Shown here: positions 22,589 to 32,481 of the stretch, piece by piece
Numbering within the stretch: position 1 is the first letter of the stretch
Layout of the letters: each line of letters starts with the position of its first letter
Virus record (IMG/VR): IMGVR_UViG_3300034091_000309
Direction: 5' to 3' (one strand)
Origin: a virus
Lineage: Duplodnaviria; Heunggongvirae; Uroviricota; Caudoviricetes
DNA length: 64,000 bases
Notes under the pieces: model-generated
Seen by the model: only the letters and a program-made list of their open reading frames with translations
Databases searched by the model: none
Told to the model about the DNA's origin: nothing
Translations under genes and position numbers: made by a program

Positions 22589-23995
22589 GTGATTTCTGCT
22601 CGCGCTTTTTATAACGAGATCGACCCGCTCAAGGCCGAGATCCTGCGGGAGGTCATCAAGGCGGGCGCCATCGCGCCGGGGGATGTGGATGAACGATCAA
22701 TTGCAGATGTTCAACCCGGAGACCTCGCTGGATACACTCAAGCGCACTGGTTCGCTGGAGGAGGATTTTGGAGTCTTGCCCTCCGCCAAGCCGGCTGGCC
22801 CGACGAGCGCGAGGTCTGGACGGGAAGCTGCCCCTGCCCCAGCTTTAGCGCGGCGGGCAAAAGAGCGGGGTTTGACGATCCTCGCCACCTCTGGCCTGCT
22901 TGGGCGCGACTCATCCGCGAGTGCAGACCTCCAACAATCTTTGGAGAGCAGGTTGCTGCCGCGATTGGACATGGCTGGCTCGACCTTGTTTGCACAGACC
23001 TGGAGGCGGAAGGCTACGCCGTTGCGGCGGCGGTACTGGGAGCACACAGCGTCGGCGCTCCGCACATCCGGCAGCGGCTGTACTTCGTGGCCGGAGTCGG
23101 ATGCTTGCAGACGAGGCGGCGAATATGCGGACCCGGAGAAGGCTGCACTGCGGCGGGAACAGGGCCATCAGGTGAACCTCTCGGAGTCGGCGCAGATGGC
23201 GGTTTGGACGACGCCCCAGGCGCACGATGCGACGGGACGCTCGAAGGGTCAGAAGGCGATTCACGGGACGAAACACGGCTGCGCGGACCTGGTAGCGGAT
23301 GCGGCTCTGGCGGCTTGGGCGACGCCAGCCGAGCGGGACTGGAAGGACACGCCGGGGATGGCCGAGACGGGAACCAATCCAGACGGCTCAGAGAGAACGC
23401 GGCTGGATATGTTGCCGAGACAGGCGCATCTGGCATGCTGGCCGACGCCGCAGACAGCAGACGACAACCTGAGCCGGATGAAAGATCCGCAAGCCTACGC
23501 AGAGTGGAACCAGGGGCGACCGAACGCAGGGTCCAATCTGGCGACCTATGCGCAGAACCTGGCGAGCTGGCCCAGCCCCTGCACGCCGAGCGGCGGCCGT
23601 TCCGTCTCGACGGAGAAGATGGACGCGACGGGGCGGACGGAGGACGGCCGGAAACACGCGGCGACGCTGGAACATGCGATGAAGTTCGCGGGGTGGACGA
23701 CTCCGAGCCATACGGATTCCGAGCGAGGCGGGACGATGACCCCGGCCATGTCAGGATCATCACTCGTTCAGTTAGCGTCGGAAGTCCGCCCGTGCGGCCA
23801 GCGCCGCTTAACGGCTGGTGGGCGGATGCTGACTGGATCGGATGCCGGGATGGAAAGTTCCGGCCAGTTGAACCCGGAACATTCCCTTTGGCTACAGGGT
23901 ATCCCTGCCGTGTGGGTCTCCTTCGCCTTGCGGGCGATGCAATCTGTGTCCCGGCGGCGCAAGCGTTCATCGAAGCGTACTTAGAGACAGTGTGA
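22589..23995 (+). CDS. dcm: DNA (cytosine-5)-methyltransferase with apparent double frameshift (N- and C-terminal motifs in one frame, W-x-T-P repeat target-recognition region in +1 frame)
   Basis: Motif I is FAGGGF, the PC motif is CPCPSFSAAGKR, motif VIII is HIRQRLYFV, and motif X is GDAICVPAAQAFIEAY, all in frame A. The middle region WTTPQAHD/WATPAERD/WPTPQTADD/WTTPSHTD lies in frame +1 (ORF 22683..23984). Confidence 0.55.
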   Translation: MISARAFYNEIDPLKAEILREVIKAGAIAPGDVDERSIADVQPGDLAGYTQAHWFAGGGFWSLALRQAGWPDEREVWTGSCPCPSFSAAGKRAGFDDPRHLWPAWARLIRECRPPTIFGEQVAAAIGHGWLDLVCTDLEAEGYAVAAAVLGAHSVGAPHIRQRLYFVAGVGCLQTRRRICGPGEGCTAAGTGPSGEPLGVGADGGLDDAPGARCDGTLEGSEGDSRDETRLRGPGSGCGSGGLGDASRAGLEGHAGDGRDGNQSRRLRENAAGYVAETGASGMLADAADSRRQPEPDERSASLRRVEPGATERRVQSGDLCAEPGELAQPLHAERRPFRLDGEDGRDGADGGRPETRGDAGTCDEVRGVDDSEPYGFRARRDDDPGHVRIITRSVSVGSPPVRPAPLNGWWADADWIGCRDGKFRPVEPGTFPLATGYPCRVGLLRLAGDAICVPAAQAFIEAYLETV

Positions 23996-24057
23996 GTGCC
24001 AGTGAACAAGTGAAGCAGTGAATCAGCAAAACGGGTGACGGATGAAGGGCACATGGA

Positions 24058-24936
24058 ATGGGGAAGCTGCCGGCGTTTCAGTTCTACCCCGGAGACTGGC
24101 GGAAGGATGTCGGGGTGCAGTCGCTCAACTACTTTGACCGAGGAGTGTGGCACGAGATGCTTTGCCTGATGCACGAGTCCGAGCGCCGCGGGGTGCTGAC
24201 GCTGAACGGTCAGGCCATGAGCGACGACTCTCTCGGCCGGCTGCTTGGTTTGGATAAGCAAACTCTAACCACCACCTTAAACACCCTGCTAACCTCCGGG
24301 GTGGCCAGCCGCGAGGCCCAGACCGGCGCCATTTTCTGCCGGCGGATGGTGCGCGATGAAAAACTGCGCGAAGTGCGCGCTGCGGCGGGAAAACTCGGCG
24401 GAAATCCTCTTTTGCTTAATCAAAACCGAACCACCCCAGATAACCATGCCACCAAACAAACTCGAACCCCTTCATCTTCATCTTCAGTTTCATCTTCAAA
24501 AACAGAAATACCGGAATCGGCAAAGAACGCCGATTGCTCACCTGATGCTCAGGATCATGAACTCTTCACAGAGAAAAGCGGAGCCCCAACGGCAAGCCGG
24601 TTCCAGGATGCGGCATTGCGCGAGGTCTTTGCCTACTACCTGACCGTGATGCGGCGCAACCGGGCCACCTACACCTTCAGCGCCCTGCGGCGCAAGAAGG
24701 GACTGGCGCGCCTGGAAGAGGCGGTGCGCATGGCGCATGGCAGCTTGGTCGGCGCGGTGGAGCTGATGAAGGCCGTCGTCGACGAGGTGGCGCAGTCGGA
24801 GTTCCACATGGGCCGGGACCCCAAGACCGGGGGCAAGAGCTATTGCGAGTGGGAGGATCACCTCTTCCGCTCGACGGAACAATTTGAGAAGTGGGTGCAA
24901 CGGTACCAAGAGGCTGTAGCGAGAGAACAGAGGTGA
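24058..24936 (+). CDS. phage replication initiation or organizer-like protein (DUF1376-like N-terminus YFQFYPGDWRKD)
   Basis: N-terminal MGKLPAFQFYPGDWRKDVGVQSL; positioned upstream of the helicase. Confidence 0.45.
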   Translation: MGKLPAFQFYPGDWRKDVGVQSLNYFDRGVWHEMLCLMHESERRGVLTLNGQAMSDDSLGRLLGLDKQTLTTTLNTLLTSGVASREAQTGAIFCRRMVRDEKLREVRAAAGKLGGNPLLLNQNRTTPDNHATKQTRTPSSSSSVSSSKTEIPESAKNADCSPDAQDHELFTEKSGAPTASRFQDAALREVFAYYLTVMRRNRATYTFSALRRKKGLARLEEAVRMAHGSLVGAVELMKAVVDEVAQSEFHMGRDPKTGGKSYCEWEDHLFRSTEQFEKWVQRYQEAVAREQR

Positions 24937-25004
24937 GTGGTCAGTGCGAGTCACCAGTGCGCCGCACACTCCACTCTCACACCGAGAACCGAGGAGGACA
25001 TGGA

Positions 25005-25211
25005 ATGGCCAACGTGGCAGTAACCGTGACCATGAACCCGCTGGAGTTGAAACTCTTCCGCCGGGCCGTCGCCAAGGCCGCCGATGAGGGGCAACTGGAG
25101 CGCACGGCGGCACTGAAGCGGATCTGCGAATTGGACACGCTGCGCTGGAAGGAAGAAGAACGAATCAGCAAACCAGCGAGACAGCGGAGTGGAAGACGAA
25201 GAGCGGCATGA
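25005..25211 (+). CDS. small ribbon-helix-helix-like protein (68 aa)
   Basis: RBS gaggagga precedes the ATG; paralog of the N-terminus of the 44440..44895 regulator (LELKLFRRAVAKAADEGQLERTAALKRI). Confidence 0.45.
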   Translation: MANVAVTVTMNPLELKLFRRAVAKAADEGQLERTAALKRICELDTLRWKEEERISKPARQRSGRRRAA

Positions 25212-25513
25212 AAGAGAGGATCACGCGAGGCAAGTGGATCGTCATGCCGCGCAGCGGTGCGGCCGGGGCCTCGGTGCACTCGACGGACGGATACTTGGTG
25301 GCTACGGTGGTGAGCCGAGCCTCGATCACGGAGACCAACGCCAACGCGCGGCTGATCGGCAAGGCGCCGGAGATGAAACAGATGCTCAAGCGGTGCGCTC
25401 GGGCGCTTTGCCCCTGCGACCCGAAGATGGTGGCCAAGAGCGGGCATGGAGACGGCTGCGCGGCCGTCGAGATCGAGGAGCTAATCGCGGAGATTGACGG
25501 AGAGATGGAATGA
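25208..25513 (+). CDS. hypothetical protein (101 aa)
   Basis: ATGA overlap with the upstream gene. Confidence 0.45.
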   Translation: MKERITRGKWIVMPRSGAAGASVHSTDGYLVATVVSRASITETNANARLIGKAPEMKQMLKRCARALCPCDPKMVAKSGHGDGCAAVEIEELIAEIDGEME

Positions 25514-26985
25514 GCGAGATCGACAACTACCGGCTTCCCGACAAAGCGCCTGAGCCCCCCGAGGATGATCTCACCTTGGACGAAGGTCTTTCACCCCTTC
25601 GATATGGACCCATCGCCGGGGACCCCGAGTTGCCGGCCAATGTGGACGCCGAGAAGACCATCCTGGGCGCGATCCTGCTGGACAATGCGGCCTTCCGCGA
25701 AGCTGCGGAATGTCTGGAGTCGGACGACTTCAGCCTGGACTCACACCGCCGCATCTTTCTGCGCATGGCCGAGCTGGTCGACACCGATCACGCAGTCGAT
25801 ATCGTCACCCTGGTGGCGAAACTGAGCCAATACAAGGAAGTCGCAGCCGTGGGCGGCGTAGCTTACCTGGCCGACCTGACGATGGGGCTACCGCGGCGGC
25901 CGGTGATCGAGGAGTACATCCGCATCGTCAAGGACAAGAGTCTGCTGCGCAAGGTCATGGGCATCTGTTCGACGGCCATTGCCCGCGCGGCCGACCAATC
26001 GGAAACCGCCCTGGAAGTCTTGGGAGCGGCGGAGTTGGCTCTTGCCGACCTGTTGCCAAAGTACATCCGCTATCGGCCGGAGGAGATTCTGGTCAGCGCC
26101 ACGGATTTCGCGGCCGACGCGCCCAGGGGTGTGGACTGGGCGGTGTGGGGAGTGATGCAGAGGGGGGGCAACGGGGTCATTGCGGCGGACGGCAAGACGG
26201 GCAAGAGTTTGCTGGCCATCCACCTGGCGCTCCATCTCGCCACGGGAACGGACTGGCTGGGTTTGCCGGTGACGCGGCCGGTGCAGGTGGCGCTCATCAG
26301 CCGGGAGGACGATCCGGGAGAGACGGCGCGGCGCATCGGCTCTATGGTGGCGGGCTCGGCTGCGGAGTTGAGGTATCTGGCCACGCTGGATGAGCGGTTC
26401 TGGCTCTCGACGCGGGCGCAGATGCCGACCTTCCTGCTGGAGAACAAAAAAGAGGTGCGGGAGATCACGGAGGCGCTGAAACACCGCAAAGTCGAGATCG
26501 CCTTCTTCGATGTCTTCCGCAGCCTGTGGACGGGGGATGAGAACGACGCCCAGGAGGAGAGCAAGGTGCTGGAGGTGTTGCGGGGGATTCAACGGGAGGC
26601 GGGCTGCTCGGTGGTCCTGCTGCACCACTTGAACAAGGGCGACAGCGTGAACCCTTTTCAGAAGCTGCGCGGTTCGACGGCGCTGAGCGGCTGGTGGGAG
26701 TGGGGTATGGGCATCTCCATCGTGAACCAGGAGGAGGACGAGACGGCCTGGGTGCGGGAGATCCGCTTCCAGACCAAGGCGGCGCGGGCGCACAGCCGCA
26801 TTCACTACCGGATCGCGGGGCCGGAGGAGGCCATGCGCATGGAGCGGACGGAGGCGCCTGAGCGGGCAGAGGCACGGCCGCGGCGCAAGGTGGCGGAGAT
26901 CGTCTCAGGGGGCAGAGATCAAGGGGCAGTGGTCAGAGAGATGCCACCGCCGGTCAAGAACTACTACGAAAAGGAAGAAGCATAA
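25510..26985 (+). CDS. replicative helicase: DnaB N-terminal domain fused to RecA-like/AAA_25 (RepA-type) ATPase
   Basis: DnaB-N sequence AEKTILGAILLDNAAFREA...; Walker A DGKTGKS; an RPE copy is read in frame at 25592-25629. Confidence 0.65.
   Translation: MSEIDNYRLPDKAPEPPEDDLTLDEGLSPLRYGPIAGDPELPANVDAEKTILGAILLDNAAFREAAECLESDDFSLDSHRRIFLRMAELVDTDHAVDIVTLVAKLSQYKEVAAVGGVAYLADLTMGLPRRPVIEEYIRIVKDKSLLRKVMGICSTAIARAADQSETALEVLGAAELALADLLPKYIRYRPEEILVSATDFAADAPRGVDWAVWGVMQRGGNGVIAADGKTGKSLLAIHLALHLATGTDWLGLPVTRPVQVALISREDDPGETARRIGSMVAGSAAELRYLATLDERFWLSTRAQMPTFLLENKKEVREITEALKHRKVEIAFFDVFRSLWTGDENDAQEESKVLEVLRGIQREAGCSVVLLHHLNKGDSVNPFQKLRGSTALSGWWEWGMGISIVNQEEDETAWVREIRFQTKAARAHSRIHYRIAGPEEAMRMERTEAPERAEARPRRKVAEIVSGGRDQGAVVREMPPPVKNYYEKEEA
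25592..25629 (+). repeat. RPE-like palindromic element copy read in-frame within the helicase N-terminus
   Basis: The sequence reads caccccttcgatatggacccatcgccggggaccccgag. Confidence 0.65.
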
Positions 26986-27016
26986 CGAAGGACATAGGAA
27001 CCAAGCTGGAGTTGAA

Positions 27017-28807
27017 GTGAGTTACCGGGTCTTGGAGGGAGACGTGATGGAGGTACTGAAGACACTGCCGGATGAGTCGGTGCAGTGCTGCATCACTTCG
27101 CCCCCCTATTTTGGACTCCGCGATTATCAGATTCCGCCCAGCGTGTGGCCGAAACCCAGTAGTCAGTTGTCAAAGATCAGTTGTCAGCATGAGTGGATCA
27201 CCGAAGAGGTGGAGCGGGAGATGCGGCGCGGGCTGGGACTGAAAGACTCGCCGGCCAGCACACGTGGCGGGGCGATCAAATGCGCCGAGGTGGAGACGCA
27301 GCGCTTCGAGCGGGGCTTCTGCCGGCATTGCGGAGCCTGGAAAGGCTGTCTGGGGTTAGAACCCACGCCGGAGCTGTACGTGGCGCACATGGTGGAGGTC
27401 TTCCGCGAAGCACGGCGGGTGCTGCGGTCGGACGGCACATTGTGGCTGAACTTGGGGGATTGCTACGCGAACGATGGCAAATGGGGCGGCGAGACCGGCG
27501 GGAAGCAAGCCTATCTCGACGACGACAATCGCAAGCGTGTCGGCCGTGAAAAGCGGCTGACCGGGCTCAAGCCCAAGGACTTGGTGGGCATTCCCTGGAT
27601 GCTGGCCTTCGCGCTGCGCGCCGATGGCTGGTGGCTGCGCTCCGAGATCATTTGGTTTAAGCCGAATCCATTCCCCGAGAGCGTGACGGACCGGCCGACA
27701 AAAGCGCATGAGCAACTTTTCCTGCTGACCAAGAGCGCACGGTATTTTTACGACGCCGAGGCGATCAAGGAGCCGGGGGTGATGAAGCCGCAGGCCCGGC
27801 TTACGCCGCGGGATTTTGTGAACGGCAAAGACGCAGGGCGGCGGGCTGACCGGAGGCCGAATTATCGTCTGCGCGAAGCGGCCGAGCAAGAGAACGCGAT
27901 GCGCAACAAGCGCGATGTGTGGACGATTGCCGACGAGTCACCCCAACGATATGGACCTATCGTTGGGGACCCCGACGATACTCCACCAGCTCAAGGGAAG
28001 TGGTCCGGTGAAAACCCGCAAGCAGCAAGCCGGCGGATGACGGACAATGTGCGGGCTGCGAGAGCTGCGGGCGGAGCGCACGACAATCCCTTTTCACCCC
28101 ACGGACGTGGACCTGTCGTTGGGGACCCCGATTTCAGCACTGGCAGCAAGCATGGCCGCGGTATGACGCCACGGCACACACCGTATACGACGAGTTGCGA
28201 CCAATCGGGTCTGGATTCTGTTGAGCGCGGCGCCGGCCGCAACAAGAGAAGCGTGTGGGAGATTGCCACGCAGCCTTGGCCGCAGGCGCACTTCGCCACC
28301 TTCCCCGAAAAACTTGTTGAGCCCTGCATTCTGGCCGGCACCAGCGAGAGAGGCTGCTGTCCGCAGTGCGGCGCACCGTGGAGGCGGCCAACTTTCCGAG
28401 CCTGTAAAGAGTGTGGAGAGCCAATCCCGACGCAGGCCGACGAATGCGGCAACTGTGGTCACGTCAACGACTGGAAGAAAGGCCGCGTTGTCTCGGCGGA
28501 GATGCTGGCCACAGACTTTCATACGCCTGGACGCAGTGTGCCCCGCTACCCCGGCGGATTCGAGAACAAGACGCAGAGCGGTGATTGGCAGCCGACCTGC
28601 TCTTGCGGCGCGGAAGTTCCGGTGCCCTGCACGGTGCTGGACTGCTTCTGCGGTTCGGGGAGTTGCGGCGTGGTGGCGCTGCGCTATGGCCGGGATTTCA
28701 TTGGCATCGAATTGAATCCCCAGTATGCGGAGATGGCGAGAAGGCGCATTGAAGGCGATGCGCCGTTGTTTAATACGCCATCCGGAGGGGAGAGCGATGC
28801 TGCTTAA
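27017..28807 (+). CDS. DNA methyltransferase (N6-adenine or N4-cytosine; SPPY and FCGSGS motifs) with zinc ribbons and two in-frame RPE insertions
   Basis: Motif IV reads SPPYF and motif I reads LDCFCGSGS; in-frame RPE copies lie at 27939-27975 and 28095-28131. Confidence 0.65.
   Translation: MSYRVLEGDVMEVLKTLPDESVQCCITSPPYFGLRDYQIPPSVWPKPSSQLSKISCQHEWITEEVEREMRRGLGLKDSPASTRGGAIKCAEVETQRFERGFCRHCGAWKGCLGLEPTPELYVAHMVEVFREARRVLRSDGTLWLNLGDCYANDGKWGGETGGKQAYLDDDNRKRVGREKRLTGLKPKDLVGIPWMLAFALRADGWWLRSEIIWFKPNPFPESVTDRPTKAHEQLFLLTKSARYFYDAEAIKEPGVMKPQARLTPRDFVNGKDAGRRADRRPNYRLREAAEQENAMRNKRDVWTIADESPQRYGPIVGDPDDTPPAQGKWSGENPQAASRRMTDNVRAARAAGGAHDNPFSPHGRGPVVGDPDFSTGSKHGRGMTPRHTPYTTSCDQSGLDSVERGAGRNKRSVWEIATQPWPQAHFATFPEKLVEPCILAGTSERGCCPQCGAPWRRPTFRACKECGEPIPTQADECGNCGHVNDWKKGRVVSAEMLATDFHTPGRSVPRYPGGFENKTQSGDWQPTCSCGAEVPVPCTVLDCFCGSGSCGVVALRYGRDFIGIELNPQYAEMARRRIEGDAPLFNTPSGGESDAA
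27939..27975 (+). repeat. RPE-like palindromic element copy in-frame in the MTase (encodes SPQRYGPIVGDP)
   Basis: The sequence reads caccccaacgatatggacctatcgttggggaccccga. Confidence 0.75.
28095..28131 (+). repeat. RPE-like palindromic element copy in-frame in the MTase (encodes SPHGRGPVVGDP)
   Basis: The sequence reads caccccacggacgtggacctgtcgttggggaccccga. Confidence 0.75.
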
Positions 28808-29231
28808 CTACACCACCAAAGTGGCCTCGGCCAAGACGGTCGCACAGATCCAGGAGATTCTGGGCGGCAAGGGCGCATCGCACGTCTCCGTGGACTATGC
28901 CAACGGCAAGGCTACCGCAGTGATCTTCGGGTTGAAGATCGGGGCTAACGCCATCCATTTCCGGTTGCCCTGCAATGTGGCCGGAGTGAGCGCGGCGCTG
29001 AAGAAGTCCAGCCAGCGCAGCGCCATCTGGCGGGATCAGCAGCAGTGCGAACGCATTGCTTGGCGCATCGTGAAGGACTGGGTGGAAGCGCAGATGGCTC
29101 TGGTGGAGGCCAACCAAGCGGAGATGGGCGAGGTGTTTCTGCCCTATGCGATTCACTCCGACGGGGAGACCTTCTTCCAGCACTTCAAGAACAAGCAGTT
29201 GGCGCTGGGGGCTGGAGAAACTGACAACTGA
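28797..29231 (+). CDS. hypothetical protein (144 aa)
   Basis: RBS ggaggggagagcg precedes the ATG, and the start overlaps the MTase stop. Confidence 0.5.
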   Translation: MLLNYTTKVASAKTVAQIQEILGGKGASHVSVDYANGKATAVIFGLKIGANAIHFRLPCNVAGVSAALKKSSQRSAIWRDQQQCERIAWRIVKDWVEAQMALVEANQAEMGEVFLPYAIHSDGETFFQHFKNKQLALGAGETDN

Positions 29232-29269
29232 CGGCTGACAACTGTATTCAAACAATCGAGGAGGGCAAG

Positions 29270-30196
29270 ATGGCGAGCGCGGCGATAGATCAGGTTGCAG
29301 AGATCAGAGATCAGAGATCAGTAGGCGGCGCCCTGCGGGATGCAGAGCTGGCGCCGGTGATAACCATGCCCAGCCGTGTGCTGGGAGATGAGTTGCGGGA
29401 ACAGGTGCTCACCACCCCCGCGACGGTGGACTTGTCGCCGGGGACCCCGGAAGGAACGGGCACCCTGCGGGATGCCGAACTGCGAGAAGCAGTTCTGGAG
29501 AGCGACCGCTGCATCCGGCGGACCTGGATCAACGTAAGAAAGCAGTCGATGGAGATCGGCTGGGAGGCGGCCTTCCTGGAGCGGCATAACGCTTGGCAGT
29601 TTCTGGGCTTCAAGCACCAGCACGCCTACCGCATCGCGGTGGGCATCGGGCGCTCCAACTGGTACCGCCTGATGGCCATCGCGCAGAAGTTTCCCGAACT
29701 GTCGAAAGAGCAGTTCCTGGCCATGTCGATCGAGAACGCGGAGCGGCTGGGCCTGGAACCCAAGGAGGTGCGCTACGACCCGGAGCTGTTGTTGAAGGCG
29801 GCCACCCGCCAAGCGCGGGATTTCAAAGACGAGCTGACCACTCTGGGAGCGCACCGCGAGGGCAGACCCTTGCACGAGCACTGGGTAACGATGGAATGGC
29901 GGCTGCGCGAGGAGCAGCGCGCGGCTATCGAGAGGGGCTTGGGAGAGTGGCAGCAGGAGCATGGCATCGACGATGAGGGCTACGCGCTGGAGCTGCTGAT
30001 CGCCGAGTACCGGGAGCGGCCGACGCTGGTGGGCTTCATCAACGAATCCATCTACCGGCTCAAGCGCGAGGTTGAGGAGGCCGAGGACCTGGGCCGGCTG
30101 CGCGGGAGCTGTCTGCTGCTGGCCAGGGACATGGGCGAGATTTTGAAGGTTTGCTGCGGGGAACAAGACAGGGAACTGTGTGAGGGAAGAGTGTGA
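29270..30196 (+). CDS. hypothetical protein (308 aa)
   Basis: RBS gaggag precedes the ATG; an RPE copy is read in frame at 29412-29450. Confidence 0.5.
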   Translation: MASAAIDQVAEIRDQRSVGGALRDAELAPVITMPSRVLGDELREQVLTTPATVDLSPGTPEGTGTLRDAELREAVLESDRCIRRTWINVRKQSMEIGWEAAFLERHNAWQFLGFKHQHAYRIAVGIGRSNWYRLMAIAQKFPELSKEQFLAMSIENAERLGLEPKEVRYDPELLLKAATRQARDFKDELTTLGAHREGRPLHEHWVTMEWRLREEQRAAIERGLGEWQQEHGIDDEGYALELLIAEYRERPTLVGFINESIYRLKREVEEAEDLGRLRGSCLLLARDMGEILKVCCGEQDRELCEGRV

Positions 30197-30420
30197 GTGC
30201 GGAGTGTGGAGAGTGAGGCGCACTCTGACCACTGTTGCCGGAGGCAACCCATGGGTTTTGACTTGGTCCTTCTTGCAGCGATTTTAGTCGTGTTGGCGAC
30301 TTGGCTGGTGCCACCGCGCGAAAAGTGAACCAGGGAAGAGTGTGAGTGCGGAGTGTGAGTGTGCGGCGCACTGAGGGCTCACACTGACCACTGTTCACTG
30401 ACAACGACAACTGTGACGAA
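30181..30420. repeat. intergenic GT/TGA-rich hairpin spacer motifs (GAGTGTGAGTGCGGAGTGTG...CGCACTC...CACTGACCACTGTTCACTGA), two copies
   Basis: Members of a family of more than 15 intergenic spacers that share GTGAGTG and CACTGTTCACTGACCACTG words and are dense in TGA codons in all frames. Confidence 0.5.
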
Positions 30421-30435
30421 CGAAGAGAGGAACTT

Positions 30436-31242
30436 ATGAGCCGAGAGAAAGTGATCGCGCCCGGCCGCAGACTGGGACGCAAGGCAATCAAGACCGATAC
30501 CCGCACATTGCGGCTGGCAAAATACCTCATGCCGGCCCTGCCGGCGCCGCCGGCGCAGCGGGACTGGACCCAGGGAGTGACGGATTGGGGCATGATGCTG
30601 AACGACACGCTGGGCGACTGCACCATCGCCGGCTGCGGCCACGCGGTGCAGGTGTGGACGCTGAACACAGCGAACGAAATGACGGTCGGGGATGACTCGA
30701 TCCTGGCGGCCTATGAGCAGTGGGACGGCTACGACCCCTCGGACCCGAGTACGGACCAGGGCGGGGTGGAACTGGATGTGCTGACCGACTGGACAAACTC
30801 CAACTTTCCACCCCAGTCGCAAGGACCCGCGTCCGGGGACCCCGGTTTCGCCAAGCATGTGCTGACCGGCTTTGCCGCGGCGAATGTCTTGAACCTGACC
30901 GAGATCCAACAAGCCATCGATTTATTTGGAGGCGTCTACATCGGCGTGGAGTTGCCGCTGACGGCGCAGGAGCAGAGCGAGTGGGATGTGGTCCCGGAGG
31001 ACGGTTCGGGCGCGAGCGCGGCGGGAAGCTGGGGCGGCCACTGCGTTTATGTGCCGGCCTACGACCAGACAATCTTTACCTGCATCAGTTGGGGCGCGCC
31101 GCTGACGATGACGATGGCCTTTTGGCGGGCTTACGTGGACGAGGCCTACGCGCTGTTTTCGCCGGACTGGATGGGCACGGGAACGGCGCCCTCGGGCTTC
31201 GACCAGGCGCAGTTGGCGGCGGACTTGGCGGCGATCTGCTGA
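30436..31242 (+). CDS. hypothetical protein (268 aa)
   Basis: RBS agagagg precedes the ATG; an RPE copy is read in frame at 30808-30845; the identity call is uncertain. Confidence 0.45.
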   Translation: MSREKVIAPGRRLGRKAIKTDTRTLRLAKYLMPALPAPPAQRDWTQGVTDWGMMLNDTLGDCTIAGCGHAVQVWTLNTANEMTVGDDSILAAYEQWDGYDPSDPSTDQGGVELDVLTDWTNSNFPPQSQGPASGDPGFAKHVLTGFAAANVLNLTEIQQAIDLFGGVYIGVELPLTAQEQSEWDVVPEDGSGASAAGSWGGHCVYVPAYDQTIFTCISWGAPLTMTMAFWRAYVDEAYALFSPDWMGTGTAPSGFDQAQLAADLAAIC

Positions 31243-31360
31243 CAGTGTGAGTGGTCAGTGTGGGTGTGCGGTGGTCAGACCCGGTTTTTCACACTGTGCA
31301 CTGACCACTGTTTTTAAGTTTTACCGTTCTGCATCTCCCGCTGCCGGCGGGAACGATCTG

Positions 31361-31399
31361 TTACCCCAACGGCGATAGACCTACCGTTGGGGACCCCGG
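31361..31399 (+). repeat. RPE-like palindromic element copy (intergenic)
   Basis: The sequence reads ttaccccaacggcgatagacctaccgttggggaccccgg. Confidence 0.7.
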
Positions 31400-31518
31400 A
31401 AACCGCTGCTGCCCGTGGTTGTTTCTGGATTGGCGGATCGCAGGAACGGATTGAAAGACAGTTTTTAGCCACTAGCTTCTAGCTTTGAGCTGAAGGCTAG
31501 GAGCTGGAGGCTGTCCTT

Positions 31519-31560
31519 AGCGGGGGTTCAGTTCATAAGTGGTCTGAACCTCCGCTTTTT
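31519..31560 (+). terminator. rho-independent terminator
   Basis: The hairpin gcgggggttcag...ctgaacctccgc is followed by ttttt. Confidence 0.6.
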
Positions 31561-31604
31561 AACTGGCAGCGGAGAAGATTGAAGGCTGCACCGGGAGGAG
31601 ACAG

Positions 31605-32441
31605 ATGAGAAAGACAATGATGGCGCTGTGTGCGGCGATTGCGCTGTGCGGATTAGCGGGTTGCTCCATCGCATCGCCAGATGCGGGCCACGAAGCGGTA
31701 TGGGTGGAGAAGCCTCTCTTCTTCGGCCACGGGGGAGTGGATCAAAGGCCCGTCATGCCGGGAAGAGAATTTGGGGCGATCACAAGCGATGCGATTGATG
31801 TCAATATGCTTCCGCAGCGCGTAGATGTGGAGTTTGATGACATGATGACCAAAAGCGGCGTCCCTGTGAGTTTTCATGTCGTAGCCACCTTTACTATTAC
31901 TGACGCCGTAAAACTTGTCAGTAAATTCGGCGCCGATTCCGACGTTAAAGGCGGGTGGGGTTTTTGGAATCGCAACATCGATCAACCACTGCGTACCGCC
32001 GTTCGTGATTCTGTGAAGCAGCGCGACATGCAGGAGATGGCGATTTCACAGACAGCGGCAGACGCCGTCGGCAGCGAAGTTTCCACTGCGGCGCTAAAAA
32101 TCGTTCAGCAGACGGGAGTGCCCATTCTCTTCTCAGCTATCAACGTGGGGCGCGTGAATCCGCCCGACGCCATCAAGAACCAGAGAATCGAAACCGCCGC
32201 GCAGGAACAGCGGGCCATCACCGAGCAGCAGAGAAAGCTGGCCGAGGATCAACGCAAGGCAGCGGAGCAAAGCCGGGCGGCGGCCGACAACGCCTACCGC
32301 GAGGCCATGCAGCTATCTCCCGACCAATTCCTTCAACTGGAGCGGATCAAGATGCAGCGGGATGTTTGCGCTCAGGAAGGGAAATGCACATTCTTTATCG
32401 GCAGCGGGCCAAGTCCGGTCATTGACGTGGGCAAACGATGA
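31605..32441 (+). CDS. lipoprotein (lipobox LAGC) with SPFH/band-7-like and coiled-coil region
   Basis: Signal peptide MRKTMMALCAAIALCGLAGCS followed by a Q/E-rich coiled-coil segment. Confidence 0.5.
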   Translation: MRKTMMALCAAIALCGLAGCSIASPDAGHEAVWVEKPLFFGHGGVDQRPVMPGREFGAITSDAIDVNMLPQRVDVEFDDMMTKSGVPVSFHVVATFTITDAVKLVSKFGADSDVKGGWGFWNRNIDQPLRTAVRDSVKQRDMQEMAISQTAADAVGSEVSTAALKIVQQTGVPILFSAINVGRVNPPDAIKNQRIETAAQEQRAITEQQRKLAEDQRKAAEQSRAAADNAYREAMQLSPDQFLQLERIKMQRDVCAQEGKCTFFIGSGPSPVIDVGKR

Positions 32442-32481
32442 ACACACTGACCACTGATTTCTATTGAAAGGATTTTTCGAT

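Noticed and set aside
22683-23984. 433-aa ORF in the +1 frame as an independent gene
   Set aside because: Its N-terminal part overlaps clear C5-MTase motifs in the other frame. Only its middle section looks real, so it is interpreted as the frameshifted TRD of the same MTase.
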